64,000 bases of DNA from an uncultured Christensenellaceae bacterium (GTDB lineage: Bacteria; Bacillota; Clostridia; Christensenellales; UBA3700). The stretch's first letter is position 1; every line of letters begins with the position of its first letter. The stretch is taken from assembly GCA_944383895.1 (NCBI GenBank), contig CALWRH010000004.1, forward strand, positions 86,404 through 150,403. The letters run 5' to 3'. The notes under the pieces are model-generated. The model saw only the letters and a program-made list of their open reading frames with translations, was not told the origin of the DNA and did not search any database. Shown piece after piece: positions 19,449 through 29,998 of this stretch. The translations under genes were made by a program, and so were the position numbers.

Positions 19449-20861
19449 ATGCAGGACAACAGAAAAGAATTTACTCTCAAGCAGATGGGCGAAGTCTTCA
19501 AAAGGGGTTGGCTGACTATGCTCATCTATATACTGATCGCGGCTATAGTGTTCGGTTCGGTTGCGGCGATATATAAGACGACGTCTACGACAAGCGAATA
19601 CCGCGCAAAGATCAGTTTTGCAAGCGCCGTTGACGACGATATGCTGACGGATCTCAATTCGTCTGCAAACGTCAGCAAAGCACTTACGGATCTCGGCATG
19701 AAAGAAGACGAAATTCCTGCTTACGTCGATGCGATCAGATCCGCGATTTCCATTACCCCTATCGTCTATTCCAATCAGACGGATACCGAAACTCAGTTTA
19801 TCCCCAGCAGCTATTGGGTGACCATGGGCGAGATCTCAGGCCTCAGCGAGGCGAGATGTACGCAGATACTCAACCGCATAATCGCCAATTTCATTGACGA
19901 ATACAATCTCAAGAACTCTTCTTCGACCGTAACTTCTGAAAACGAACAGGCATTTGCAGACTATTCTTCTTTCGATTACGTCGAGGTTATATACGAGATG
20001 AACGCAAAGCTCGATACTATGAAATTCACCGCAGAAACGCTCAGTGCGCGTGCCAACGGTTTTGTTTCTTCTTCGAGAGACATCACTTTCGCGGTGTTTA
20101 TTTCGAGAATAGAATCCTTGCAGAAACAGCTCACCAATTACGAAGAGTGGATAATGAACAAGGGTATAACCAAAGAAACAAACAAACTTACCGCAAGCGA
20201 ATATATCGCTATGAGAGTCAGAATTGCAGAACAAACTGCCAGCAAGTACGAAAATATCGCTACCAAGTGGAAAGAGGCTATCGATCTTATAGAACTCAAC
20301 GGTAGTTTCAGCGGTACGATAGACGGACAGATCATAAACGTAGATATTTCTTCTTATATCGATTTCGTCAATAAGTATACAGAGCAGGTCGTGCCTCAGT
20401 ACGAAGAAGCTGCAATGGTTCTTGAAGAGTGGCAGTCCAAACAAACTACGTTTGACTCTGCAACCGATTTCCCCAACGCAAGCGATGACGATAAAAAAAC
20501 TTATCTTGCATCCGCAGACGCAGATATGGAGGATCTCGTAACCAACACGACTCAGCTTATCGAGATCTACAACGACATGATCAAGGACTATAACAAGAGC
20601 GGTATTTCTTCTTCGTCGTCCGCAAGTCTGATAACGCCGGCATACGTTTCTTCTACCTCGAAGATATCCAATACCGTGATACTGCTTATCATCGCGCTTG
20701 CAGTAGTGCTTGCAGGACTGATAGGATTCGTTCAGACGAGAAACAGATATCTCAAGCTGCTCGATGCTGAAGATCAGAAGGCGATCGCACTTGCCGAAGA
20801 AACTCTGCCTGAAGAAAACAAGGCGGAAAACGCAGAAGACGACAAGTCAGAAAAACAGTAA
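19449..20861 (+). CDS. Membrane protein with Wzz/chain-length-determinant-like topology
   Basis: GGAGGT RBS before ATG 19449; N- and C-terminal TM helices flanking a long coiled-coil region. Confidence 0.6.
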   Translation: MQDNRKEFTLKQMGEVFKRGWLTMLIYILIAAIVFGSVAAIYKTTSTTSEYRAKISFASAVDDDMLTDLNSSANVSKALTDLGMKEDEIPAYVDAIRSAISITPIVYSNQTDTETQFIPSSYWVTMGEISGLSEARCTQILNRIIANFIDEYNLKNSSSTVTSENEQAFADYSSFDYVEVIYEMNAKLDTMKFTAETLSARANGFVSSSRDITFAVFISRIESLQKQLTNYEEWIMNKGITKETNKLTASEYIAMRVRIAEQTASKYENIATKWKEAIDLIELNGSFSGTIDGQIINVDISSYIDFVNKYTEQVVPQYEEAAMVLEEWQSKQTTFDSATDFPNASDDDKKTYLASADADMEDLVTNTTQLIEIYNDMIKDYNKSGISSSSSASLITPAYVSSTSKISNTVILLIIALAVVLAGLIGFVQTRNRYLKLLDAEDQKAIALAEETLPEENKAENAEDDKSEKQ

Positions 20862-20881
20862 TGACGATCGAAAAAATAAAC

Positions 20882-20911
20882 AAGCCTCCGCAATGCGGGG
20901 GCTTTTATTTT
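20882..20911 (+). terminator. Intrinsic terminator
   Basis: AAGCCTCCGC-AAT-GCGGGGGCTT followed by a T-rich run. Confidence 0.75.
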
Positions 20912-21161
20912 GACTACAATGTATAAAAAAAGAAAACGACCGCTAACGCAAAGGAAAACGACCGCTCTCTCTCAACGCCTTTCCTCTTAGGAAAGTATTT
21001 ATAATTTACAATATTTTTCTGAATTTGTCAATAGGTTTGTCCGAAAAAAATACAAAATGCGACAAAAAACAGAAGATAATCCGATTTATCAATAAATATT
21101 CAGCAATCTTCCCGTGCTGTACCGCTTAGGAACAGAGCGATATTAATATAAGTGAAGGACG

Positions 21162-21890
21162 TCAGACTATAAAACCGCCGTCTACGCAAAGCGTTTGTCC
21201 CGTGATGTAATCCGATCCGTCAATAAAGAAAAGCACAGCCTTTGCAACGTCTTCGGGCGTACCGAGTCTGCCGAGAGGTATTTCTTCTTTCAGGACTTTC
21301 AGGTCGTCCTCGGAGAGGTGAGCGTTCATGTCCGTGTCTATGACTCCGGGGCATATGCAGTTTACGGTAACGTCGGATAAGGACAGTTCTTTTGCGAGCG
21401 CTTTGGTAAAAGCTATAAGACCGCCTTTTGTCGCGCTGTAAACGCTTTCGCACGACGCGCCGGTTATTCCCCATACAGAAGAAACGTTGACTATCCTGCC
21501 TTCGCGTGCCGACGCCATATAAGGGCACACGAGTTTTGTCAGAGTTATCGCGCCTTCGAGGTTGACGGACATCATGCGCGAAATATCGTCGTCCGACGTA
21601 TCAGCAAGCGGAGATATTACTGAATAAGCCGCATTGTTCACGAGAGCGTATATTCCGCCGAAACGCGCTGTCACGTCGTCTACGACTCTTCTGAGAGCGT
21701 CTTTGTCGGAGTTGTCCGCCTTGTAAGCGCTGACCATGCAGCCGTCTTTGGCGAGCTCCGCTACGAGTTCCGCCGCGTCGCCGTCGCTTTGTCTGTATGT
21801 GAAGGCGACAGCGTATCCGTTCTTTGCCATAAGTTTTACTACGGCGCGTCCGATGCCTCTCGAACCGCCGCTTACGAGAACCGTTTTCAT
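21162..21890 (-). CDS. Short-chain dehydrogenase/reductase (FabG/YmfI-like)
   Basis: SGGSRGIG, LVNNA, NVSSVWG, YSATK, YITGQTLCVDGG. Confidence 0.92.
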   Translation of the reverse strand: MKTVLVSGGSRGIGRAVVKLMAKNGYAVAFTYRQSDGDAAELVAELAKDGCMVSAYKADNSDKDALRRVVDDVTARFGGIYALVNNAAYSVISPLADTSDDDISRMMSVNLEGAITLTKLVCPYMASAREGRIVNVSSVWGITGASCESVYSATKGGLIAFTKALAKELSLSDVTVNCICPGVIDTDMNAHLSEDDLKVLKEEIPLGRLGTPEDVAKAVLFFIDGSDYITGQTLCVDGGFIV

Positions 21891-21946
21891 ATCTCAATTA
21901 TATTATTTTGTTTGGATAAAATCAAGTTTTGTTGTATCATAAACGT

Positions 21947-23605
21947 ATGGAACAGATAAAGTACGAAGACTTCAGAAATTTCGGATTGCCGCAGAGCATA
22001 ATACGCGCGCTGGACGAAGAAGGGATATCGACTCCTACCGAGATCCAGCAAAAGGTGATACCTCTCGCAAATGCAGGGGCGGACGTTATAGCTAAAGCTC
22101 CGACGGGTACGGGCAAGACTCTCGCGTACGTCCTGCCGTTGCTTAAAAACGCAGACGTTGAGTCTAAGACAGCGGGAGCACTCGTATTGTGTCCTACGAG
22201 AGAACTCGCTTTGCAGATAGGTGACGTGATAAAGAGCGCGACCAAGTACACCGAGGGCATACGCACGGCGGTGCTTTACGGCGGACAGGATATCCAAAGG
22301 CAGCTTTTTCTTTTGAGAAAGAAACCGCAGATAATAGTCGGTACGGTAGGCAGAGTGCTCGATCATATAGAGAGAAATACGGTTAAACTTCAGCAGCTCA
22401 AAACGCTTGTGCTCGACGAGTGCGACGTCATGTTGGATATGGGGTTTATCGGCGATATAAGAAAAATCGTTGCTAAAACAGACACGGACAGGCAAAATCT
22501 CGTATTTTCCGCTACGATACCCGCGGCTATCGAGAGCCTGTGCTCAGAGATGATGAGAGATCCCGTAAGAGTTCAGGCAGAGTGCGAAGGCAAAGAACTT
22601 CCCGACGTAAAGCAATACTACGTTCTCTTAAAGGACAGCCAGAGAGTGGAGTGTCTTTGCGCGTTGCTTAAAGAGTACGCGCTCAGGCGCACGATTGTTT
22701 TCTGCAACACAAAGTTCAGGGCGGAAAAACTCGCTCACGCAATGAAGAACAAGGGGGTTGAGTGCTGTCTTCTGCACGGAGATCTCGATCAGAAAGAGCG
22801 CAACGCTGCGATGAAAGGTTACAGAGAGGGCAAATATACGATGCTCGTAAGTACCGACGTTTCCGCACGCGGCATAGACGTTGACGACGTGGACGCGGTT
22901 ATCAATTTCGACCCGCCTGCGGACGAGGATTATTACGTCCACAGGATAGGAAGAACTGCGCGCGCGTTCAGAAAGGGCGCTGCCTTTACGCTTGCAGAGG
23001 CTTATCAGCTGTCATATATACAGGCTTATATACGCAGAACGGGTACGGAGATAACGCCGATCGAACCTGAATTCGATTATTCTGCAAGTTACACTTTGCC
23101 CAAGGACGGCTCAAATAAGAGGGAACTCGAGGCAAGAGCGCGCGACGCCGAAAATTCGACCCGTTTCTTTATCAATATAGGAAAAAAAGATATGCTCGAC
23201 AAGCCTTCGCTTGTAAAACTCGTATGCGGAAAGACGGGCGTCAGCGAGTATAAGATAATTGATACTAAAATACGCGACACATATTCTTTTATTCAGGTGA
23301 CCAACGACGAGGCGGATAAAATCGGAAAACTAAAAGGGCTCACTGTCGGCACACGCAGAATAAACGTGGAACTTGCGTCTGAGGATGCAGAAGAAAAGGA
23401 GAAAAAACCGCGCAGGAGCAAAGAGCGTGCCGAGGCTGTCGGGAAAAGGCAGAAACCCGAACGCAAAGAGGGTAAGGACGCTCGAAGGAAGAGCGGCAAG
23501 GATAACAATAAAAACGTCGGCGGCGTAAAGAAAGGAAAAGTATATAATGCAAAAGGACAACTGCAAAATCCTAAGCCGAGGGCAAAACGCACTAAAAAGT
23601 TTTAA
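21947..23605 (+). CDS. DEAD-box RNA helicase with DbpA-type RNA-binding domain and basic tail
   Basis: Q motif, APTGTGKT, PTRELA, DECD, SAT, ARGID, HRIGRTAR. Confidence 0.93.
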   Translation: MEQIKYEDFRNFGLPQSIIRALDEEGISTPTEIQQKVIPLANAGADVIAKAPTGTGKTLAYVLPLLKNADVESKTAGALVLCPTRELALQIGDVIKSATKYTEGIRTAVLYGGQDIQRQLFLLRKKPQIIVGTVGRVLDHIERNTVKLQQLKTLVLDECDVMLDMGFIGDIRKIVAKTDTDRQNLVFSATIPAAIESLCSEMMRDPVRVQAECEGKELPDVKQYYVLLKDSQRVECLCALLKEYALRRTIVFCNTKFRAEKLAHAMKNKGVECCLLHGDLDQKERNAAMKGYREGKYTMLVSTDVSARGIDVDDVDAVINFDPPADEDYYVHRIGRTARAFRKGAAFTLAEAYQLSYIQAYIRRTGTEITPIEPEFDYSASYTLPKDGSNKRELEARARDAENSTRFFINIGKKDMLDKPSLVKLVCGKTGVSEYKIIDTKIRDTYSFIQVTNDEADKIGKLKGLTVGTRRINVELASEDAEEKEKKPRRSKERAEAVGKRQKPERKEGKDARRKSGKDNNKNVGGVKKGKVYNAKGQLQNPKPRAKRTKKF

Positions 23606-23692
23606 TACGGTAAATCAATGCTGCAATAACGCGTGCCGTTCGGCGCGCGTATATTTTTTGCTTTTTCGGAAACAATATATCCGAGGAAAGTT

Positions 23693-23929
23693 ATGAGAGA
23701 GATCAGATACGGCTTAGATGCAGCTAAAAAGAGAGTGGGTCTGCTCGCAGGACGGGATATAACGCTCGTCGTGAACAGGGGCAGAAACAAAATAGAGAAA
23801 CTGCACGGCAGAATAGACGAAGTGCACGACAGCATATTTACGCTCAAGGAAGTTGAAGGGAAAGTCAATTCTTTTTCATACAGCGACGTACTGACTAAAA
23901 GCGTTAAGTTTTTTCCGCCCGAAGGTTAA
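23693..23929 (+). CDS. veg: Veg-family protein
   Basis: VNRGRNK, SIFT, SFSYSDVLT motifs; ATG at 23693 after GAGGA. Confidence 0.85.
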   Translation: MREIRYGLDAAKKRVGLLAGRDITLVVNRGRNKIEKLHGRIDEVHDSIFTLKEVEGKVNSFSYSDVLTKSVKFFPPEG

Positions 23930-24030
23930 AAAGTTTACAGCCGCGACAAGCGGCTTTTTTTATTCTCCTGTAATATTTGCAGAAGTCGCAAATATAATTG
24001 TTAATGACAAAACTTCATTACGGGGGCAAT

Positions 24031-25521
24031 ATGACTGTTCAAACCAAATTCAATAAGTACGAAAACGACAGCTTAGTAACGGAAAAATGCGAGCAAATCG
24101 TACTCGCGTGCACCATAGACACATCGCTGAAGGGCGGTGCGGACAAGGTGCTCTGTTGCAGAGCGAGCGTATCGGGAATACGCGTGGTTGCAAGCGACGC
24201 TCAGGCGGCAGTAAGCGGAAAACTCAACGTAAAGGCGATATATATTACGCCCGAAGGGGAGCCTGACAGCATAGATTACGTTTCGGATTTTTCCAAGACA
24301 ATTGCGTGTCCGTCTGCGGTGGACGGCGCGTTCATAAGGGTAGATGCCAAGGTGATCGACGTACAGGCGGCAACTGAAGGCGGAACCGTAAAGATACAGA
24401 CGGTCGTGGAATTCTGTCCGCACGTCGTCGTACACAGAGAATACGAATTGCTTGAGGATGCAGAGGGCGCGTTCATAAAAAGAGGAACGAGCACTTTCTG
24501 CAAATTCGAAGGGCTGACCGAAACCGGGATCACTGTAAACGAGCAGTACGCTACGGGGGCGATCGTAGAAAAAGTGCTCGCATTCGATACGTCAGCAGCG
24601 GTATGCAAGGTGACCGAAGACGGTGAAGGAGCGTTGGCAGAAGGAGAGGCGTGCGTTACTCTCGTCTATCAGAGCGAAGGCAAAGCCGTGCAGAAAAACA
24701 TGGTCCTGCCTTTCGTCCAGAGGATAGAGGGTAAAGAGGGCGCTATTTACGACGTGCGAGCAGAAGTAAAGGATTCCAAACTCGTTATCGGCGGCGGAGC
24801 AAACGAAAACGTCTTTGAAGTAAACGTAGATGTATGTCTTTCCGCAATGGTGTTCAGGATGACTGAGGCTGAGCTCGCGACAGATGCGTATTGCCCGACT
24901 AAAGAATTGAAATTATCGCGTATGTGTTCGTCTTACAAGTATTTGTGCAAAACTATGCGTACAAGAGAAAGGATAAGCGGCAGCGTAGAAACGGGTGCCG
25001 ACGATCTCGGGGTAAGCAGAGTGGTAGCGGCGTTCGAGACTGACAACGCTCTTGCTACCGTCGACGTCGGAGAAGACTGTATAAGAGCCGAGGGCGCGCT
25101 TGCCGTATGCGTGATATACAAAGACGACAACGAAGATTATAAAAACGTGTCCATAGATCTTCCCTATACGATCGAGTTGCCGGGAAAAGGAGATGCGGCT
25201 ACGGTCGAAGTTCGTGCATGCGATATTACGGCAAAGGTAAAACGCGACAGCGAGATCGAAGTTACGGCGACCGTATGCATGAGCATAGACGACGTCTGTG
25301 AAGGACGTATAAACGCTATCGACGGAGTAGAAGAAGGTGCGGATATGCAGCCATGCGAAGACGCGGTGAGCATATATTACACAAAACAAGGGGAAACGCT
25401 CTGGGATGTCGCTAAAAAACTCAGTATGTCGCCCGAGGCGATCGCGGCGCAGAATCCTTCGCTCGGAGAGCAATTGAGCGCGGGAGATAACGTTGTGGTT
25501 TACAGAGAGGTCGCCGTGTGA
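24031..25521 (+). CDS. SPOCS (DUF3794) repeat + C-terminal LysM spore coat assembly protein (SipL-like)
   Basis: Three repeated beta-rich domains, LysM YYTKQGETLWDVAKK; typical veg-SPOCS-ispE order. Confidence 0.8.
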   Translation: MTVQTKFNKYENDSLVTEKCEQIVLACTIDTSLKGGADKVLCCRASVSGIRVVASDAQAAVSGKLNVKAIYITPEGEPDSIDYVSDFSKTIACPSAVDGAFIRVDAKVIDVQAATEGGTVKIQTVVEFCPHVVVHREYELLEDAEGAFIKRGTSTFCKFEGLTETGITVNEQYATGAIVEKVLAFDTSAAVCKVTEDGEGALAEGEACVTLVYQSEGKAVQKNMVLPFVQRIEGKEGAIYDVRAEVKDSKLVIGGGANENVFEVNVDVCLSAMVFRMTEAELATDAYCPTKELKLSRMCSSYKYLCKTMRTRERISGSVETGADDLGVSRVVAAFETDNALATVDVGEDCIRAEGALAVCVIYKDDNEDYKNVSIDLPYTIELPGKGDAATVEVRACDITAKVKRDSEIEVTATVCMSIDDVCEGRINAIDGVEEGADMQPCEDAVSIYYTKQGETLWDVAKKLSMSPEAIAAQNPSLGEQLSAGDNVVVYREVAV

Positions 25522-25533
25522 TATAATTGACTT

Positions 25534-26343
25534 ATGGAAGAAATCAGACTCAAGGTACACGCAAAAATAAATCTCACGCTTGAAATCACGGGCGTCAACG
25601 ACAGGGGCTATCACGAGCTTGACATGTTGTGTTGTTCGATCTCTCCTTACGACGAGGTATGCGTGAGAGTTTCGGACTCTGTAAAAGTAACAATGGACGG
25701 TACGGTAGCGGGAAGCGAGAACACCGCATACCGTGCCGCTCTTGTCGTTTCAGAACAAAGCGGAACAGCTCTCGACGTAACGATAAAAAAGGGTATACCG
25801 TCTTCGGCAGGACTCGGAGGTTCGTCCGCGGACGCGAGCGCGGTATTTTACGCCGCGGTAAAGCTCGGGCTCGTAGACACGGATACTGCTGAAAAGCTTT
25901 GCGTCAAGGTCGGCAGCGACGTATCGTATATGATGCGCGGAGGATATTGCAGACTACGCGGAGAGGGAGAGAGAATAACTCCTTTAGGCAATGTCGATTA
26001 CACCGTTGCCGTCGTGCAGAAAGAGATAGGCGCGTCTACTGCGGAAGTTTACAGGGGATACGACGAAGCCCCCGTCAAAGGGATAGGAGTCGATGCGGTA
26101 TTGAGAGGAGAGCCTTATTATAACGTGCTTGAAAAGTCTGCCGTCAAAAGGTGCGGAGCTATCTCAGAAACAAAGCGTCGTCTTGAAGAGTTGTACGGCA
26201 ACGCAGTAATGACGGGCAGCGGCAGTGCGGTTTTTGCGATAGTAGCGGACAATGCGGACGAAAATCTGCTCAAAGAAAAGTTTGCAGACTGCATGTTTGC
26301 CGAAATAGTCAGGACGTGTCCTTCGGGCATAGAAGAAATATGA
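25534..26343 (+). CDS. ispE: 4-diphosphocytidyl-2-C-methyl-D-erythritol kinase
   Basis: AKINLTL, GYHEL, IPSSAGLGGSSADA, GSDV, MTGSGS. Confidence 0.93.
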   Translation: MEEIRLKVHAKINLTLEITGVNDRGYHELDMLCCSISPYDEVCVRVSDSVKVTMDGTVAGSENTAYRAALVVSEQSGTALDVTIKKGIPSSAGLGGSSADASAVFYAAVKLGLVDTDTAEKLCVKVGSDVSYMMRGGYCRLRGEGERITPLGNVDYTVAVVQKEIGASTAEVYRGYDEAPVKGIGVDAVLRGEPYYNVLEKSAVKRCGAISETKRRLEELYGNAVMTGSGSAVFAIVADNADENLLKEKFADCMFAEIVRTCPSGIEEI

Positions 26344-26471
26344 TTTTTATATAGAACTCAATTGTTTACCCCTTCCGTTTCGGGAGGGGTTTTTCTTTAT
26401 TGTATAAAGGCTTTGTCACGAAAAGAATAAAATCCGTAAGACTGTCAATAATCGTTGCAGGAGGACAGGAT

Positions 26472-27008
26472 ATGAAAAAAGTATTTGTTATCATAGCGGC
26501 ACTCGTATTGCTGCTCGTAGTGATAAATTTTGTATTTGCAGATAAAGACGAGGACAACGGCGTAAATGCGGATTATCTCAGGATACATATTCGTGCCAAC
26601 AGCAATTCAGAGGCGGATCAGAATATAAAATATGAAGTGAAAGCCGCCGTAGTAGACGCGCTCACCCCTGAACTTCAGGGAGTTACAAGCAAGAAAGACG
26701 CGATGAAAATAATAGAAAAAAACATCTCAGAGATAGATGACGTCTGCGAAAACGTGCTAAGACAACACGGTTATTATTACGGCGCAGAAACAAGGCTTTG
26801 TCAGGATAGTTTCCCTGCAAGAACGTACGGAGAACTTACACTCGAGAGCGGTGTTTACGACGCGCTTATCGTAGATCTCGGCAGCGGCGAAGGCGACAAT
26901 TGGTGGTGCGTTGTATTTCCTCCGCTTTGCTTTGTCCCGGACGGTGACGGAGAGAAAGTTACATACAAATCGTTGATCGTCGAGTGGTTTGAAAAACTGT
27001 TCGGTTGA
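26472..27008 (+). CDS. spoIIR: Stage II sporulation protein R
   Basis: LRIHIRANSNSEADQ, FPARTYG, GDNWWCVVFPPLC; signal peptide; GGAGG RBS. Confidence 0.93.
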   Translation: MKKVFVIIAALVLLLVVINFVFADKDEDNGVNADYLRIHIRANSNSEADQNIKYEVKAAVVDALTPELQGVTSKKDAMKIIEKNISEIDDVCENVLRQHGYYYGAETRLCQDSFPARTYGELTLESGVYDALIVDLGSGEGDNWWCVVFPPLCFVPDGDGEKVTYKSLIVEWFEKLFG

Positions 27009-27021
27009 TCTTTGGAGGTAT

Positions 27022-27720
27022 ATGAAAAAAACAACTGTATTGAGAGCGGTATGCGCAGTGCTTATACTTGCTGTCATCGCGGTGCCGATAGCCGTATTCG
27101 GCGGAACGGACGCTTCTGAAACAGAGGACAGCGTAGTTCTCAAGGTCGGATCGAGCGGCGCGCAGGTAAAGACGTTGCAGACAAAGCTCAACAATTGGGG
27201 TTACGATGCGGGCACCGTAGACGGCATCTTCGGATCGAAAACGCAAGCCGCGGTAAAGAGGTTTCAGCAGAAAAACGGACTTGTCGCCGACGGGATCGTG
27301 GGAGCAAAGACTGCGGCTGCGCTCGGCATGACTCTGACGTCGTCCTCGAGTTCCAACAGCAGCTATTCGTCGCAGGACGTCTATCTGCTTGCAAAATGCA
27401 TCCACGCAGAGGCGAGAGGAGAGCCTTATGTCGGACAGGTCGCGGTAGGCGCGGTCGTGCTCAACAGAGTCAGAAGCAGCAATTTTCCCAACACGATAGC
27501 GGGAGTTATTTATCAGCCTTACGCTTTTACCGCCGTCATTGACGGACAGATGAATCTCGAGCCCAACGAAACGGCTTATAACGCTGCGCGCGACGCAATG
27601 AACGGCTGGGATCCCACAAACGGGTGTATATATTATTACAACCCTGCCACGGCAACGAGTTCGTGGATATGGTCGCGCCCCGTCATGATAACGATAGGCA
27701 AGCACAATTTTGCGAAATAA
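27022..27720 (+). CDS. sleB: Spore cortex-lytic enzyme
   Basis: Signal peptide, peptidoglycan-binding domain, AEARGEPYVGQVAVGAVVLNRV, IGKHNF. Confidence 0.93.
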   Translation: MKKTTVLRAVCAVLILAVIAVPIAVFGGTDASETEDSVVLKVGSSGAQVKTLQTKLNNWGYDAGTVDGIFGSKTQAAVKRFQQKNGLVADGIVGAKTAAALGMTLTSSSSSNSSYSSQDVYLLAKCIHAEARGEPYVGQVAVGAVVLNRVRSSNFPNTIAGVIYQPYAFTAVIDGQMNLEPNETAYNAARDAMNGWDPTNGCIYYYNPATATSSWIWSRPVMITIGKHNFAK

Positions 27721-27729
27721 GAGGTGTAA

Positions 27730-29109
27730 ATGGATCCTGAAATGAAAGAAATGACAACAAAATGTTTCAGAGGACGTCTGAAGACCTTTCATTACGTCGC
27801 ATGGGCGTTTGTCGTGCTGCTTGTAGCGGCGGTGATAACGCTCGGCGTGTTTCTCGGAATAACGGTAAACGATAAAAACGCTTTGACTATGCGTTCTGAA
27901 AACGGGTATCTGTCCTCTTATTATACGTTGACGGACAGTCTGTTGCAGATAGAAAACAACCTCAGCAAAATGCGCGTGGTCAGGACTCCGTCTCTTCAAT
28001 CCGAGCTCCTGACAAAGGCGGCTATAAACGCAGAGGTTTCGGAGCAGTGTCTTTCCGCGCTGAGTATTTCGGACGCGAATATGCAGAGCACGGTAAAATT
28101 CTGCAATCAGGTCGGAGATTACAGCCTGTATCTTCTGCGAAAGCTCCACAGCGGAGAAAGTCTTTCCGATACCGATTATTCCACTCTCGACAAGCTGTAC
28201 GAAACGACCCGTCTGCTCGGAGAAAAGATGAATTCGCTTTCCGAAAAGATATCATCCGGAGATTACTCTTTTTCTGCTGATCTCGGGGCTGAAGACGACG
28301 CTTTTTCGTCCATAGTTTCGGATATAGCTGACGGAGCTATCGAGTATCCCGCGCTGATATACGACGGACCTTTCAGCGACGGTCTGGACGATCCTTCTCC
28401 CGTTGCGCTCGAAGGTGAAGAAATATCGCAGGAGAAGGGCGCGGAACTGCTCAAGACCTATCTCACCGATTACAGCAACGTCAGCGTGAAGTACGAAGGC
28501 GAGCTCGGCGGATTTATCGAGTGTTACTCTTATTCCTTTACCGCGGGTGAAGTTTCGGGCAACGCGCAACTCAGCAAGATCGGAGGTAAACTCGTTATGG
28601 CTGACGTGAACGACAGCGTCAGCGATCCCAAGTTCACCAAGGAAGAGGGCGTAGAACTTGCAGAGCAGTACTGCGAGAAAATAGGTATAGATAATATGTC
28701 GGCAGTGTGGGCTTGCGTTACGGACAGCGAACTTTACGTCAATCTCTGTTACAAAGAAGACGGCATCGTATTCTATCCCGATATGGCGAAGATCAAAGTG
28801 TCTTTGCAGACGGGCAGAATAACGGGGTTCGAGGCAAGAGAATATATCTATAATCATACAGAGAGGGATACCGACTATACCGTATCGATAACCGAAGAAG
28901 AGGCTCTTGCGGTCGGTTACGGAGAGATGAAAGTCGAAAGTGTTCGTCTTGCAGTAATACCGATGGACGCAGGCGGCGAAAAGCTGACTTACGAGGTGTA
29001 CGGTACGATAGACGGTTACGGATTTTTCGTTTACGTCGATGCGGCAACGGGCAAGGACGTGAGAGTTCTGCAGGTCATAGACAGCGACGAAGGCGAATTG
29101 CTTATGTAA
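27730..29109 (+). CDS. ypeB: Germination protein YpeB (PepSY domains)
   Basis: N-terminal TM, KFCNQVGDYS, YPALIYDGPFSD; follows sleB. Confidence 0.92.
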   Translation: MDPEMKEMTTKCFRGRLKTFHYVAWAFVVLLVAAVITLGVFLGITVNDKNALTMRSENGYLSSYYTLTDSLLQIENNLSKMRVVRTPSLQSELLTKAAINAEVSEQCLSALSISDANMQSTVKFCNQVGDYSLYLLRKLHSGESLSDTDYSTLDKLYETTRLLGEKMNSLSEKISSGDYSFSADLGAEDDAFSSIVSDIADGAIEYPALIYDGPFSDGLDDPSPVALEGEEISQEKGAELLKTYLTDYSNVSVKYEGELGGFIECYSYSFTAGEVSGNAQLSKIGGKLVMADVNDSVSDPKFTKEEGVELAEQYCEKIGIDNMSAVWACVTDSELYVNLCYKEDGIVFYPDMAKIKVSLQTGRITGFEAREYIYNHTERDTDYTVSITEEEALAVGYGEMKVESVRLAVIPMDAGGEKLTYEVYGTIDGYGFFVYVDAATGKDVRVLQVIDSDEGELLM

Positions 29110-29233
29110 ACAATATAAAATATAAAAAAATAGAACGACGCGTCCGAAAGGGCGCGTTTTTTCATGCGAAACCGTGGTCTTGTATGAGCAAACTTTTTAT
29201 GTTATAATTAAAAAAAGCGCGGGGGTTACGCTT

Positions 29234-29932
29234 ATGCCGAGATTTGATTTTTACGTCGGATTCGGTTTCGACGATTACGACAGTGCGGCAAGGATCGCAA
29301 GAGAATTGCAGGCGGACGGCAGGACGTGTTTTACAGACTCTTATATCTGTGAAGAAGTACTGCGTGAAGAAGATGTAAGCGTCGCGCTCGATTACAGCGA
29401 CGGCGCGGTGATGATCATAGGAGAAAGCGGCGACGGCACTGTCCGTATGGCTGAGATTGCCGCAGGGATAGGACTTCCCGTTTCGCTTATCGTGCCGCAG
29501 GGCAAAGCTGTGCCGAGAAGTCTTGCCGGATACGAGGGACTCAAAGTTTATGCGCGGGGCGGAGAAGAGTGGGAAAAAACAGTCGCCGACGCGATCGTCA
29601 AAGACAATCCGATTGACGAAGACACCGCTCGGCTTCTCAAAATGATGTCGGTATTCGAACAGGACAACGGCAGGTTCGAGATAGAGTTTTCGCTTAAGAA
29701 ATTATCGGCTCTCCGAGAAGTCGCAAAAGTCAGGCAAGAACTCGTTCCCGTATACATCAAAGGGATATTCGAGAGTGCGAAACTCGATTGGAACAACGCA
29801 GACAAAGAGGAGCTTAAAGGTTGGTGGGACGCCTTGACGTTTGCGAGAGAAAATGCCGGCAGCGGGTCGCTTGCCGACATAAGACTTCTTGAATCGATAA
29901 TGTACAGAGTCAGGAAAGTTCTGTTTCCTTGA
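29234..29932 (+). CDS. Hypothetical protein with TIR-like N-terminus
   Basis: FDFYVGFGFDDYDSAARIARELQADGRTCFTD loosely matches the TIR betaA-alphaA-betaB pattern. Confidence 0.5.
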   Translation: MPRFDFYVGFGFDDYDSAARIARELQADGRTCFTDSYICEEVLREEDVSVALDYSDGAVMIIGESGDGTVRMAEIAAGIGLPVSLIVPQGKAVPRSLAGYEGLKVYARGGEEWEKTVADAIVKDNPIDEDTARLLKMMSVFEQDNGRFEIEFSLKKLSALREVAKVRQELVPVYIKGIFESAKLDWNNADKEELKGWWDALTFARENAGSGSLADIRLLESIMYRVRKVLFP

Positions 29933-29998
29933 TACATATTTTGTATTGTTTGTCAACACGGGCACGAAAAAAAACTGCGACGTATCCGTCGCAGTTTT

